DNA of 47,930 nucleotides from a virus. Its lineage: Duplodnaviria; Caudoviricetes. Positions 9,024 to 16,885 of the stretch are shown here, piece by piece (the first letter of the stretch is position 1; each line of letters opens with the position of its first letter). The position numbers were made by a program, and so were the translations under genes. Under the pieces are notes generated by a model, which had not been told where the DNA came from, did not search any database, and worked only from the letters and a program-made list of their open reading frames with translations. The stretch spans positions 1-47,930 of the IMG/VR virus record IMGVR_UViG_3300049167_000081. One strand, written 5' to 3'.

Positions 9024-9343
9024 GCCGCCGCCTCCTCGTTGAGGCCGAGGGCCCGCTCGAGGACCGTGTTCTCGGCGGCGAGGGTGTCGACCTCGCCCTG
9101 GAGGCGGGCGACTTCGGCGAGCAGCCACGGGATGTCGGTGCGGGCGGCGGCCACGAACGCGGCGTCGGCTCGGTCCTGCTCCATCGTTGTTGCGCCGCGG
9201 CAGGTTTCGCCGATCCACTTGGAGATGCCGGGCACGTACTCGGTGCCCTGGTAGATCTCCCAGCTGTCGGTGCACCAGGGCCCCTTGGTGGCGGCGTCGG
9301 CGCGCTTCTGGATTTCGGCGAGGCGGTCGGTGATGTCAGACAC
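9020..9343 (-). CDS. Ead/Ea22-like protein
   Basis: RADAATKGPW...DAAFVAAARTDIPWLLAEVARL signature. Confidence 0.75.
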   Translation of the reverse strand: MSDITDRLAEIQKRADAATKGPWCTDSWEIYQGTEYVPGISKWIGETCRGATTMEQDRADAAFVAAARTDIPWLLAEVARLQGEVDTLAAENTVLERALGLNEEAAA

Positions 9344-9593
9344 GGGTCACCTGCTTCGCGGTGGGCGCGGCGAGGTCCATACCGGCGGCCGGGCTGAACG
9401 GGACGGCTCCGACGACGGGCCAGTTGGCGACGGTCTCGTCGGGCTCGTAGCCGCAGGAGCCCCACTTGTCGGTGACCATCCAGCGGGACGGGTGCGGCGG
9501 CGACGGCCACAGGACGGCGAGCATGGTGCCCTCCGGATTGCGGCGGACGGAGCCGAGGAGGTCGGGCAGTTCGGTCTTGATGGGCTTACGCAT
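9336..9593 (-). CDS. hypothetical protein
   Basis: 85 aa ORF in the coupled operon. Confidence 0.6.
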   Translation of the reverse strand: MRKPIKTELPDLLGSVRRNPEGTMLAVLWPSPPHPSRWMVTDKWGSCGYEPDETVANWPVVGAVPFSPAAGMDLAAPTAKQVTRV

Positions 9594-9687
9594 TGCTGGT
9601 CCCCCAGAGGTGGTGGCCGAGCCAGAGGAGGCCGGCGGAGATGGCGGTGGCGGCGAGGACGCCGAGCGGGTTGAGGAGGCGGCTCAC
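9586..9687 (-). CDS. 33 aa hydrophobic microprotein
   Basis: VSRLLNPLGVLAATAISAGLLWLGHHLWG; fills the gap with overlapping start/stop; not in the ORF track. Confidence 0.5.
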   Translation of the reverse strand: MSRLLNPLGVLAATAISAGLLWLGHHLWGTSNA

Positions 9688-9809
9688 GACCGGCCTCCCG
9701 CCTGCTGGATGGCGCGGTTGATGGCGGCGAGTTGCTGCTCGTACACGGCGATCGCGAGGTGCAGCAGGGCCAGCAGCGGGGCGTTGAGGAACGGGGCCGG
9801 CGCGGTCAT
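9684..9809 (-). CDS. 41 aa microprotein
   Basis: MTAPAPFLNAPLLALLHLAIAVYEQQ; ATGA and GTGA coupling; not in the ORF track. Confidence 0.5.
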   Translation of the reverse strand: MTAPAPFLNAPLLALLHLAIAVYEQQLAAINRAIQQAGGRS

Positions 9810-9997
9810 GAGGCTTCTCCGAGGACTCGGGCGGCCCATTGGGCGTCGGTTTCGAGGTGGCCGTCGCGCATGGTGCGGACGAAGTCCGGATCTGGGGCGG
9901 TGAGGCCGACCGCCCGGAGCAGCGGCCCGCCCACGTCGGCGGGTATCACCGGCAGCGCGGTCAGCAACTCGGACACGACCGTCTCGACGCGGGTCAC
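9806..9997 (-). CDS. hypothetical protein
   Basis: VTRVETVVSELL, coupled at both ends. Confidence 0.55.
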   Translation of the reverse strand: MTRVETVVSELLTALPVIPADVGGPLLRAVGLTAPDPDFVRTMRDGHLETDAQWAARVLGEAS

Positions 9998-10215
9998 GAC
10001 GTGGCCGCCTTGTCGGCGAGGCGGCGGAGGTACGCGGCGTCCATGCCCGCCCATGTCCGCTTCGTGTCCACGTCGTCGTCGGCGACGCGCGCCTCGAGGG
10101 CGTCGGCGGCCTCGCGCAGCACCTCGGCGCGGTAGGCGTCGAGGAGGGCGTCCGTCCTGCGAGGGTCCGCCATGGCGAAGTACAGCTGCTCGCCGATCTC
10201 GTCGCGGGCGCTCAT
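9994..10215 (-). CDS. hypothetical protein
   Basis: LLDAYRAEVLREAAD motif, frequent in actinophage early proteins. Confidence 0.7.
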   Translation of the reverse strand: MSARDEIGEQLYFAMADPRRTDALLDAYRAEVLREAADALEARVADDDVDTKRTWAGMDAAYLRRLADKAATS

Positions 10216-10667
10216 GCCGCACCGTCCGTGGCCTCGGGGGCCTTGTGGATGGTGAACTTGCCGTCGGGGTGGCGGACGAGCCAGTCACCCCAGAAGGCGA
10301 CGACGTGGTTGGGGCGCTCACCGACACGCAGCCCCACGACTTGCAGCTTGCCGTCGACGTTCTGCCAGTAGCCCTTGGTGAAGACCCGCGGCCGCAGTCG
10401 GTCGATCACATCCGCGACGCGAGCGAAGCTGCGCGGGGTGAGTTCCCACGTCTGGCAGCCGGCGGCCTCGAGGTCGACGAGCGGGCGGCAGTGGTCGCAC
10501 TCGGCCCGGACGTCGGTCAGGTTCCCGCGAGCGTCCACGTCGCGGTTGTCGACATCGCCGAGGAGCTGGCCGCAGCCGTTGCAGGCGCGCTTCAGGGTGA
10601 AGGTGGTGACCTTCTCGCCCTGCTCGTTGACCGTGATGCGGTCCGGGGTGTTGATGCGGGCGCTCAT
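10212..10667 (-). CDS. hypothetical protein with two CxxC motifs
   Basis: CNGC and CDHC, C-terminal GDWLVR. Confidence 0.7.
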   Translation of the reverse strand: MSARINTPDRITVNEQGEKVTTFTLKRACNGCGQLLGDVDNRDVDARGNLTDVRAECDHCRPLVDLEAAGCQTWELTPRSFARVADVIDRLRPRVFTKGYWQNVDGKLQVVGLRVGERPNHVVAFWGDWLVRHPDGKFTIHKAPEATDGAA

Positions 10668-10972
10668 GCCTGGGCCTCGGCTTCCGCCTTGAGCCGGGCG
10701 ATCTCCGCGCGGGCCGCCTCGAGCTCATCGACCGCCGTGCGCTCACGTGCAGCTCGGGCTGCGATGTCGTCGCGCCAAGCAGCGGCTGCCTCGGTGAATC
10801 GGTCAACGACCTTCAGCTGCTCGTCGATGCTGAGCTTCGAGTCGAGCTGGAAGGTGATGTAGCCAGCCCGGTGCTCGCCGTCCGGCTCCACGTAGAACAC
10901 CGGACTGACGGACGAGGTGGCTCGGAAGTGGCTCGGCTTCCCCAGGAAGAAGGTGGCGGTGAAGCGGCTCAT
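10664..10972 (-). CDS. hypothetical coiled-coil protein
   Basis: MSRFTATF start; C-terminal ELEAARAEIARLK. Confidence 0.65.
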   Translation of the reverse strand: MSRFTATFFLGKPSHFRATSSVSPVFYVEPDGEHRAGYITFQLDSKLSIDEQLKVVDRFTEAAAAWRDDIAARAARERTAVDELEAARAEIARLKAEAEAQA

Positions 10973-11130
10973 CGGGTCCCTCCGGGGGTCCAGTCGGGGT
11001 AGTCGGCGTCGGTGCTGCAGCAGTCGGACTGGCAGGCGAGCCGGGCGAACAGCGGGTCGGCCGGGTCGAGGAGGTGCTGCTGTTCGGCCTGACAGCCGGC
11101 GATCTGCGGGGTGGGCATCGGGGTCGTCAT
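10969..11130 (-). CDS. 53 aa hypothetical protein
   Basis: MTTPMPTPQIAGC...; ATGA coupling on both sides; not in the ORF track. Confidence 0.5.
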   Translation of the reverse strand: MTTPMPTPQIAGCQAEQQHLLDPADPLFARLACQSDCCSTDADYPDWTPGGTR

Positions 11131-11411
11131 GACGCACCGTCCTCAAGCCGGGCGAGCGTCTCCACGTCCGCCTGTCGGGCGGCCCAGTAGGTGTAGAAGA
11201 GGACGTCGAGCGCGGCTTCCTTCTCGGACTCCGGCAGCGAATCGAACGCGGTCCGGCCGATGTCCTCGACCTCGAAGCCCTCGGGGCGCGCCTCGCGCAG
11301 CATCTCCTCGGCCTCGGCGAACATCGCCTGCCAGGCGGAGAGCATCGGCATGCCGCACATGATCTGGTCGAACTCGGAGGGAAGTTCAGGGTTCTGCGAG
11401 AATGTGGACAT
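11127..11411 (-). CDS. hypothetical acidic protein
   Basis: 94 aa ORF with GGAG RBS. Confidence 0.7.
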   Translation of the reverse strand: MSTFSQNPELPSEFDQIMCGMPMLSAWQAMFAEAEEMLREARPEGFEVEDIGRTAFDSLPESEKEAALDVLFYTYWAARQADVETLARLEDGAS

Positions 11412-11502
11412 GGTCCACTCCTGTTCTTCAGGCTTCTGGGTGGTGGGTCTAGGCCCCGGTCGTCGGTGTGTGAGAGCCCGACTGCTGGGGCCGTTTGCCG
11501 CT

Positions 11503-11799
11503 CTAGGCGGCGGACTTGAGCTGGCGGGTCTTGCGGCGGGGCCGGCGGGGGCCGGACCGGCCGTCGACCTTGTTGCGGTGGATTTCCGTGATAGCGGCGA
11601 GGTCCGAGTCGCTGAACTTCAGCTGTCCGGCGAGGCGGTGGCAGGGCCAGCCGAGCTTGTTGACGCCGTCGCGCAGCCACTTCTGGCCGCGCTTGTCATC
11701 GGGGTCCTTCGGGTCGGAGAGGCCGAGGCGGTCGCAGGCCTGCTTGACCCCGTAGAAGTGCTCGAGGATGGGCTTAGCCGGGGCCTGGGGGGTGGCCAT
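11503..11799 (-). CDS. excisionase-like winged-HTH protein
   Basis: FYGVKQACDRLG...WLR...PCHRLAGQLKFSDSDL plus basic tail; second gene of the early operon. Confidence 0.7.
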   Translation of the reverse strand: MATPQAPAKPILEHFYGVKQACDRLGLSDPKDPDDKRGQKWLRDGVNKLGWPCHRLAGQLKFSDSDLAAITEIHRNKVDGRSGPRRPRRKTRQLKSAA

Positions 11800-11800
11800 G

Positions 11801-12052
11801 TCAGTCCTTTCGGTGGGGCTCCTGCTGGTCGAGGAGCCGGGTGTCGTGAAGCTGCACGTCGAGGGCGGTGCGGAGCGCCTTGTACGTGGGGGGTGTGAGG
11901 TTCTGCCGCGCTCTGGTCTCGAGCTGGCTCAGGTAGGGCCGGCTTATCCGGGCGGCGGCAGCGCACTCGGCTTGCGTCATGCCGAGCTCCTTACGGCGTG
12001 TGCGGATTGCCGCCCCTTTCACCAGGTAGGTGGTGGCTGGGGGTTCTTCCAT
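11801..12052 (-). CDS. Cro-like XRE HTH regulator
   Basis: IRTRRKELGMTQAECAAAARISRPYLSQLE; divergent from the repressor. Confidence 0.88.
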   Translation of the reverse strand: MEEPPATTYLVKGAAIRTRRKELGMTQAECAAAARISRPYLSQLETRARQNLTPPTYKALRTALDVQLHDTRLLDQQEPHRKD

Positions 12053-12226
12053 GCACTGAATCTAGCGACTCTCGATAGAGGAATCTATAGGTACTAGGCG
12101 GTAACTTCTAGAGATCTCTAGTTACCTCTATGCTTCGCTACGTTAGGCACTGGTCAGAGGTCAAGAACAGGCCACGACGACGACCCCTGCTAGCGGTAGC
12201 TAGATGTAGCTGGGATACTCCGCGGT
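12053..12226. promoter_or_regulatory. lysis/lysogeny switch: divergent promoters and operators
   Basis: AT- and CTAG-rich; perfect palindrome CTAGAGATCTCTAG 12108-12121; -10-like TAGATT (minus) and GATACT (plus) 6-7 nt before each ATG. Confidence 0.75.
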
Positions 12227-12679
12227 ATGGCTGCCCTTACCGACCACACCGCTCGCCAGCTGAAACTGCTGGCTGCGCTGGTGACGCAGCGCCGACGCGC
12301 GCTCGGCTTCTCCAGCAAGGAGAAGGCCGCGGAGGCGTGCGGGCTCTCCCATGTGCCGTACCGCAACGTCGAGGGCGGCAGGCCTGTAAGCGACGCGACC
12401 TACGCGAAGATCGAGACCCGGTTCGAGTTCGAGCCGGACTCGTGCCAGGCAGTTCTCGACGGCGCGGACTCCATCAAGCTGACCGACGGCACCGAGCTGA
12501 TCGCGGGCGGGCAGATCAGCCGCCCCTCATTCGACGAGATGACGGACGCACTAAAACAGGCCATCACGTCCGCCGCCCGCCTGACGGCGCCGAACCTGAC
12601 GCTTGGCCAGACTGACGACCTGACGGAGCAGGTTGTGAAGGAGCTGCAAAGGCGCGGAATCCTGCCTTCAGGTTCATGA
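12227..12679 (+). CDS. immunity repressor (XRE-type HTH)
   Basis: VTQRRRALGFSSKEKAAEACGLSHVPYRNVEGG; position upstream of int. Confidence 0.8.
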   Translation: MAALTDHTARQLKLLAALVTQRRRALGFSSKEKAAEACGLSHVPYRNVEGGRPVSDATYAKIETRFEFEPDSCQAVLDGADSIKLTDGTELIAGGQISRPSFDEMTDALKQAITSAARLTAPNLTLGQTDDLTEQVVKELQRRGILPSGS

Positions 12680-12832
12680 TCTGCACAAACTTCCGTACAA
12701 CCATTTCGTCGTAACCTGACTGTGACCTTCCGGTCCTGGGAAACTTTCAACTAACACCTGCCATATACGTGTTCGACGTGTCACGCTTTGAGACACCTGG
12801 AGGGGTTCTCCGCGAGTAGACAAGGGGGACCT

Positions 12833-13030
12833 ATGAGCACAGTTGTCGAACTAGATCTCGGAGCCGGGCACGAGGCCCACGTCTTTAAGATCAACGGCGA
12901 GACGGTGTGTGTCCTGAGCCCCAACGTGGCCACCGACACGCGTATTCAGGAACGCGTCCGGCGGCTCGTGCGGGGTGAAGGACTGGAGTGTCGAGAGTGC
13001 CGCGGCTGCATCGTGGGCACGGCAAAGTAG
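12833..13030 (+). CDS. small CxxCxxC protein between repressor and integrase
   Basis: AAGGGGGA RBS, 65 aa, CRECRGC. Confidence 0.65.
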   Translation: MSTVVELDLGAGHEAHVFKINGETVCVLSPNVATDTRIQERVRRLVRGEGLECRECRGCIVGTAK

Positions 13031-13112
13031 TCGACGCTCCATCAGCGGAGTCGGGCGGCAGGGGTGCCCGCCGGCTTCCGCGAACCCCAACTACTCACGC
13101 TCAGGGAGCCCC

Positions 13113-14468
13113 ATGCCCTACCCAGAGAAGCGCGGCAACAAGTGGCGGGTCCGCTGGGACAGCGGACGCATCAACCCGGAGACGGGCAAGAAGGTCTACG
13201 ACAGCTGCTCCGGGTTCACCAGCCGCCCCGAGGCTTACGCCTACGGACTGGACCGGGAATCCGACGTCCGCAACGACCGGTACATCAGCCGCCGTGACGG
13301 CTCCGTCCTCATGAAGGACTACGTGAAGGACTGGCTCGACGGCATCGACGTCGGGCACCTGAGAGAACGTCAATGCCGTTCCATGGCCAGGCTGTACATC
13401 GTCCCCCGCTGGGGCGAGACGACCGTTGGCGACATCAAGCCCTCCGCCTACCGGGCATGGGAGAAGGAACTCCGCAGCCGGCCGAACGTCGGCGACGACT
13501 ACGCCCGCGAGATCCTCGGCCTGTTCGCGATGATGATGGAAGACGCCGTCGACGACGAGCTACGCAAGGCCTCCCCCGTCAGCCACAAGCGGCGCCGCGG
13601 CAAGTACAAGAAGAAGCCGCGGGAGAAGAAGACCGACATGCGCATCGAGGACGTGCACCAGCTCGCACTCAACGCGCTCGTCTTCTGGGGCTTCCCGGGC
13701 TACGTGTTCGTGTGGACGATGGCGATGACCGGCATGCGGCCTGCGGAGCTGTACGCGCTGCGCAAGGAGTACTGCCACCCCGCCTGGCCCACGGCCGACC
13801 CGGACGAGGAGCGGCGCGAGGAGAGCCTGGCCCGCTACCGCGACGGCGACGAGGTCATGCCGGCGATCCGGGTCCAGTACCAGCACCAGTGGAAAGACAG
13901 CGTGCTGACGCTGCTGCCGCCGAAGTACGAGTCCTACCGCACGCTGGTCATTCCGCCGTTCCTGGCGGAGCTCCTCGAGGCGCTGTGCGCGTCGCACGAG
14001 TCTGAGTGGGTGTTCCCTTCAATCAATGGTGGGCCGCTGGCGAAGGCGAACTTCACCTACCACTACTGGCGAAAGATCGCTGACGGGCAGGAGCCGCGGG
14101 AGCAGCGCCGGGGTGGGTGGCGTCCACTGCCCGGCTGGCCGGCCGTGAAGGCGTATACGGGTAAGCGGCTGTACCTGCTGCGTCACGGGCACAAGGAGTG
14201 GTGTGACGAAGGCGGGGCTCGGCGTGTGGCGGTGGAGGCTCGTATGGGTCACGAGCTGCCCGGCGTCGAGGGCGTCTACAGCAACGTGACAAGCGCCATG
14301 GAGCGCGAGATCATGGGGCTGTTGCAGCTGAAGTGGCAGCGGCACGTCGTGACGTTGAGCACAGGTTGGGCGGCAACTTCTCCCAATCCTCTCCCATTTG
14401 ACCTTGAGACGTGGATTAAGACGCAGGTCACAGTGGCGGAGACGGTGCTCCGGCGAACTGGTTCATGA
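13113..14468 (+). CDS. int: tyrosine integrase
   Basis: N-terminal arm-binding-like EKRGNKWRVRW; GMRPAEL, PPK, LLRHGH, MGH, GVYS catalytic motifs. Confidence 0.93.
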   Translation: MPYPEKRGNKWRVRWDSGRINPETGKKVYDSCSGFTSRPEAYAYGLDRESDVRNDRYISRRDGSVLMKDYVKDWLDGIDVGHLRERQCRSMARLYIVPRWGETTVGDIKPSAYRAWEKELRSRPNVGDDYAREILGLFAMMMEDAVDDELRKASPVSHKRRRGKYKKKPREKKTDMRIEDVHQLALNALVFWGFPGYVFVWTMAMTGMRPAELYALRKEYCHPAWPTADPDEERREESLARYRDGDEVMPAIRVQYQHQWKDSVLTLLPPKYESYRTLVIPPFLAELLEALCASHESEWVFPSINGGPLAKANFTYHYWRKIADGQEPREQRRGGWRPLPGWPAVKAYTGKRLYLLRHGHKEWCDEGGARRVAVEARMGHELPGVEGVYSNVTSAMEREIMGLLQLKWQRHVVTLSTGWAATSPNPLPFDLETWIKTQVTVAETVLRRTGS

Positions 14469-14707
14469 AATTCATCACTACGAAGAGCTTCATGCCGTTC
14501 GTGATCTACCGGATTCTGCTCGGAATCCTGCTGTACATCCTGGTGGGGACGGATGTGCTGAGCCCGCACGCGGGTGAGTCGGGGGGCTGAGCGAGCCGTT
14601 CGGCCGCTATCGCCGGTTCGATTTGGCTAGAGGTTTCTGGAGTTATCTAGAGACGTTTCGAGCCCAATCGAGGTGATCGTCTCCCATTTTTCTCCCAGTC
14701 TCCCAGT
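14379..14707. other. attP: core near TGGTTCATGAA (about 14459-14469) with TCTCCCA arm-type repeats
   Basis: TCTCCCA at 14379, 14390, 14680, 14691, 14699 flanking a host-gene 3' fragment. Confidence 0.8.
14459..14590 (+). pseudogene. uppP: 3' end of undecaprenyl-diphosphatase (replacement C-terminus carried in attP)
   Basis: Translates WFMKFITTKSFMPFVIYRILLGILLYILVGTDVLSPHAGESGG*, matching the SF.PF..YRI.LG C-terminal motif of UppP/BacA as I recall it. Confidence 0.85.
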
Positions 14708-14710
14708 GGG

Positions 14711-14773
14711 AGGTTGGACCAGGGTGGGGCTGCCACCTGGAGGGGCGGACTGGTGCCCCACCCTGGCCAACCT
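14711..14773. terminator. long hairpin downstream of int / uppP fragment
   Basis: AGGTTGG(A)CCAGGGTGGGGC...GCCCCACCCTGGCCAACCT. Confidence 0.7.
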
Positions 14774-15011
14774 GTTCAACGGCCGCCGCGTGCGGGTGGC
14801 ACGGCCGACCGCCCCCGCCGATGGGACGAGGTTGCTCGCCGCCTGGCGGGGCAGAAGAGTGGACCGCCCGCCCGCCGCTAATGGGGTGCGCGGCAGACGG
14901 GCGGCCGTCGGCGACTCGGGCCGGCCGTTCAGCCCGGTCGGTCTGGTGACCGGCCCGCTACTCATTGAATCTGCTTCCGGCATATGTCGAAAGGCTTGAG
15001 GCGGTACCGGT

Positions 15012-15027
15012 TCGAACTAATGTTCGC
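15012..15027. promoter_or_regulatory. LexA (SOS) box
   Basis: TCGAAC-TAAT-GTTCGC vs actinobacterial consensus TCGAAC-N4-GTTCGA. Confidence 0.65.
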
Positions 15028-15101
15028 GCGAAGCGACCATGATCAAATAATGCTTCACTTTTGCTGCTGACGGATGATCAAGGACGGGCGAGCGTTCAAA
15101 G

Positions 15102-15329
15102 GTGCCCGCCGATCAGCCCCAGTGGATCCTCGATGCCCGGCGGCAGATCGGCCTACGCATCCGTGACGCCCGCCTCTACGCCGACCTCACCCAAGAAGCC
15201 CTCGCCCACGACACGGGAATCGACCGGTCGACGATCCAGCGCATCGAAGGCGGGGCGGACATTAAGGTCAGCCAGCTGCTACTCATCGCCAGCCACCTCC
15301 GCGTCCACCCGCGCGACCTCATCGGGTGA
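15102..15329 (+). CDS. XRE-family HTH regulator
   Basis: IRDARLYADLTQEALAHDTGIDRSTIQRIEGG. Confidence 0.9.
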   Translation: MPADQPQWILDARRQIGLRIRDARLYADLTQEALAHDTGIDRSTIQRIEGGADIKVSQLLLIASHLRVHPRDLIG

Positions 15330-15487
15330 GCTCGCCACTATCGGTTACCCATTCTTGCCGTGAGCAACAGTTGCAGGGCCAATCTTGTGCGTGACGTGAC
15401 CACAGCGCTACCCCCTGCGGTGTGCGTATTTACGCTGGGCACAATTACGCCACCTTTCGGGGGGCCCCGAAGCACTGGCAGCAGCAA

Positions 15488-15523
15488 GCCCCGCCGTCCG
15501 GTGCATCAGCCGGATGGCGGGGC
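15488..15523. terminator. hairpin between convergent genes
   Basis: GCCCCGCCGTCCGG-8-CCGGATGGCGGGGC. Confidence 0.65.
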
Positions 15524-15597
15524 CAGAGCAATCCCACACTTGTCTCGGTGGGATCGATACATCCACGGTAGCGGGCGCCGCTGACAGTGCCGGGCGG

Positions 15598-15795
15598 CTA
15601 CGGCCAGGCCGCAAGCTCCCGCCCGTCGGTCTCGTCGGTCAGGGTGATGCGCGCCCCGTCGGCGCCGCCGAACTCGCCGATCCAGGTCGTGAACTTACGG
15701 TCGACCGTCGCCCGGCTCCCCCACCAGCCGTGCATTGTGGGCCGGCCGTCGATGGCGAGGAGCAGGTGATACCGCTGCGGGTCGGGCTCGGGCAT
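15598..15795 (-). CDS. hypothetical protein
   Basis: RYHLLL...MHGWW...RKFTTWIG...ITLTDE type seen in Streptomyces prophages. Confidence 0.7.
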   Translation of the reverse strand: MPEPDPQRYHLLLAIDGRPTMHGWWGSRATVDRKFTTWIGEFGGADGARITLTDETDGRELAAWP

Positions 15796-15890
15796 GACCC
15801 CAGGATGGCAGGCGGCACCGACAGGTACGCTGACGCACTGATGCCCCAGCCCGCTTACCTCGGGCTGGGGCATCGTCGCGACTGGAACCT

Positions 15891-16235
15891 TCAGTGGAAG
15901 CAGGGGAAGTTGAAGGTTACGTCCTCGCCAGCGGCGTCGTGGACCGCGATGTCCCAGACGGTTCCGCGCTCGGCGCCACGGTTGACGACGATCCCGATCT
16001 TCTCGAGGGCGGCGGTACCGAGCTGCTTGGTGATGGTTCCGGCGTCGGTGGTGTAGGTGAGCGTATAGGTGGGCTCGGGGCCAAGCTGCTTGCCGGTCCA
16101 GAAGCCGGGGATCTGCTGGGCGCATTCCTGCCAGGAGGGCACGTTGCGGTCGGTGCGGACGCGGGCGATGCCGTGCGTGGTCTCGCCGTTGGTCTTGGCG
16201 GTGTACTGGACGAGGTGGGTGGTGAGCATCTGCAT
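15891..16235 (-). CDS. hypothetical protein
   Basis: AGGGGAG RBS, strong GC3 bias, 114 aa. Confidence 0.7.
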   Translation of the reverse strand: MQMLTTHLVQYTAKTNGETTHGIARVRTDRNVPSWQECAQQIPGFWTGKQLGPEPTYTLTYTTDAGTITKQLGTAALEKIGIVVNRGAERGTVWDIAVHDAAGEDVTFNFPCFH

Positions 16236-16252
16236 CTCCCCTGTTTGCTTGC

Positions 16253-16337
16253 AGTTTCTGTACCTACAGATTGACCCCAAGGATGGCCCCTTGTCAAGCG
16301 GTCGCGCGAGATGGATGCTAGTTTCTGTACCTACAGA
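16253..16337. promoter_or_regulatory. paired palindromic operators and promoter
   Basis: AGTTTCTGTACCTACAGA at 16253-16270 and 16320-16337 (core TCTGTA-NN-TACAGA); minus-strand TTGACA-18-CAATCT between them. Confidence 0.75.
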
Positions 16338-16353
16338 CATCGAGGGGGACCCC

Positions 16354-16548
16354 ATGGCTCGACCCGCCACCGGCAAGACACCGCTCCGAAATATCCGTGT
16401 ACCCGATGACCTGTGGCAGGCAGCCAAGGATGAAGCGGCAGCGGAAGGGCGCAGCCTCACTGACGTGATCCTCGGCGATCTACACCGCTACGTCACCCGA
16501 CGTCAGCGCGAGCGGGCCATCGGGCAGCCGCAGCCGCCCGCCCCGTAG
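16354..16548 (+). CDS. ribbon-helix-helix regulator
   Basis: MARPATGKTPLRNIRVPDDLWQAAK...GRSLTDVI. Confidence 0.85.
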   Translation: MARPATGKTPLRNIRVPDDLWQAAKDEAAAEGRSLTDVILGDLHRYVTRRQRERAIGQPQPPAP

Positions 16549-16550
16549 AC

Positions 16551-16566
16551 TCGAACATGTGTCCGA
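16551..16566. promoter_or_regulatory. LexA (SOS) box overlapping a leaderless start
   Basis: TCGAAC-ATGT-GTCCGA directly after -10 TAGACT. Confidence 0.65.
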
Positions 16567-16885
16567 TCTGCCGCCCGACCTCCCCCGTCTCCGCACACTG
16601 GAGACGTACCTTCGGCTGCAGCTGGCCAGGGTGGAGCAGCAGATCCGGCACCTCGAGGACCAGGCCCGCACCCAGACGCCGAGCCCCGCCCCGGTGCCGC
16701 CGGCGTGGCTGGCCGAGTACGACATCAGCGCCCAGCACCGCCTCTTCCAGATCCATACCGGGGACTGCCGCATGGCCGGGCATCGGGTGAAGCCCATCGA
16801 CGAGGACGAAGCCAGGCGTGGCGTGGTCGAGGCGGGGGCGTGCCAGTTCTGCCGGCCCGACACCGCGCTCGGCGTGCTCGACTAG
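16559..16885 (+). CDS. DUF6233-like protein
   Basis: IHTGDC...ACQFCRPDTALG C-terminal motif. Confidence 0.8.
   Translation: MSDLPPDLPRLRTLETYLRLQLARVEQQIRHLEDQARTQTPSPAPVPPAWLAEYDISAQHRLFQIHTGDCRMAGHRVKPIDEDEARRGVVEAGACQFCRPDTALGVLD

Noticed and set aside
6407-9510. Very long RecT (566 aa) and YqaJ (746 aa) ORFs as fusions
   Set aside because: Upstream parts are Arg/Pro-rich off-frame readings of other genes; coupled starts at 7273 and 8175 fit better
12761-12776. Full LexA box upstream of the small Cys protein
   Set aside because: Only one half-site matches; kept as a weak hint only
14459-14590. Prophage boundary with host chromosome, or tRNA-type att
   Set aside because: Only a protein-coding 3' fragment is present, phage-type genes continue on both sides, and no tRNA fold was recognised
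14627-14983. 118 aa minus-strand ORF next to attP
   Set aside because: Runs through hairpins and att arm repeats, atypical codons including TTA; probably non-coding
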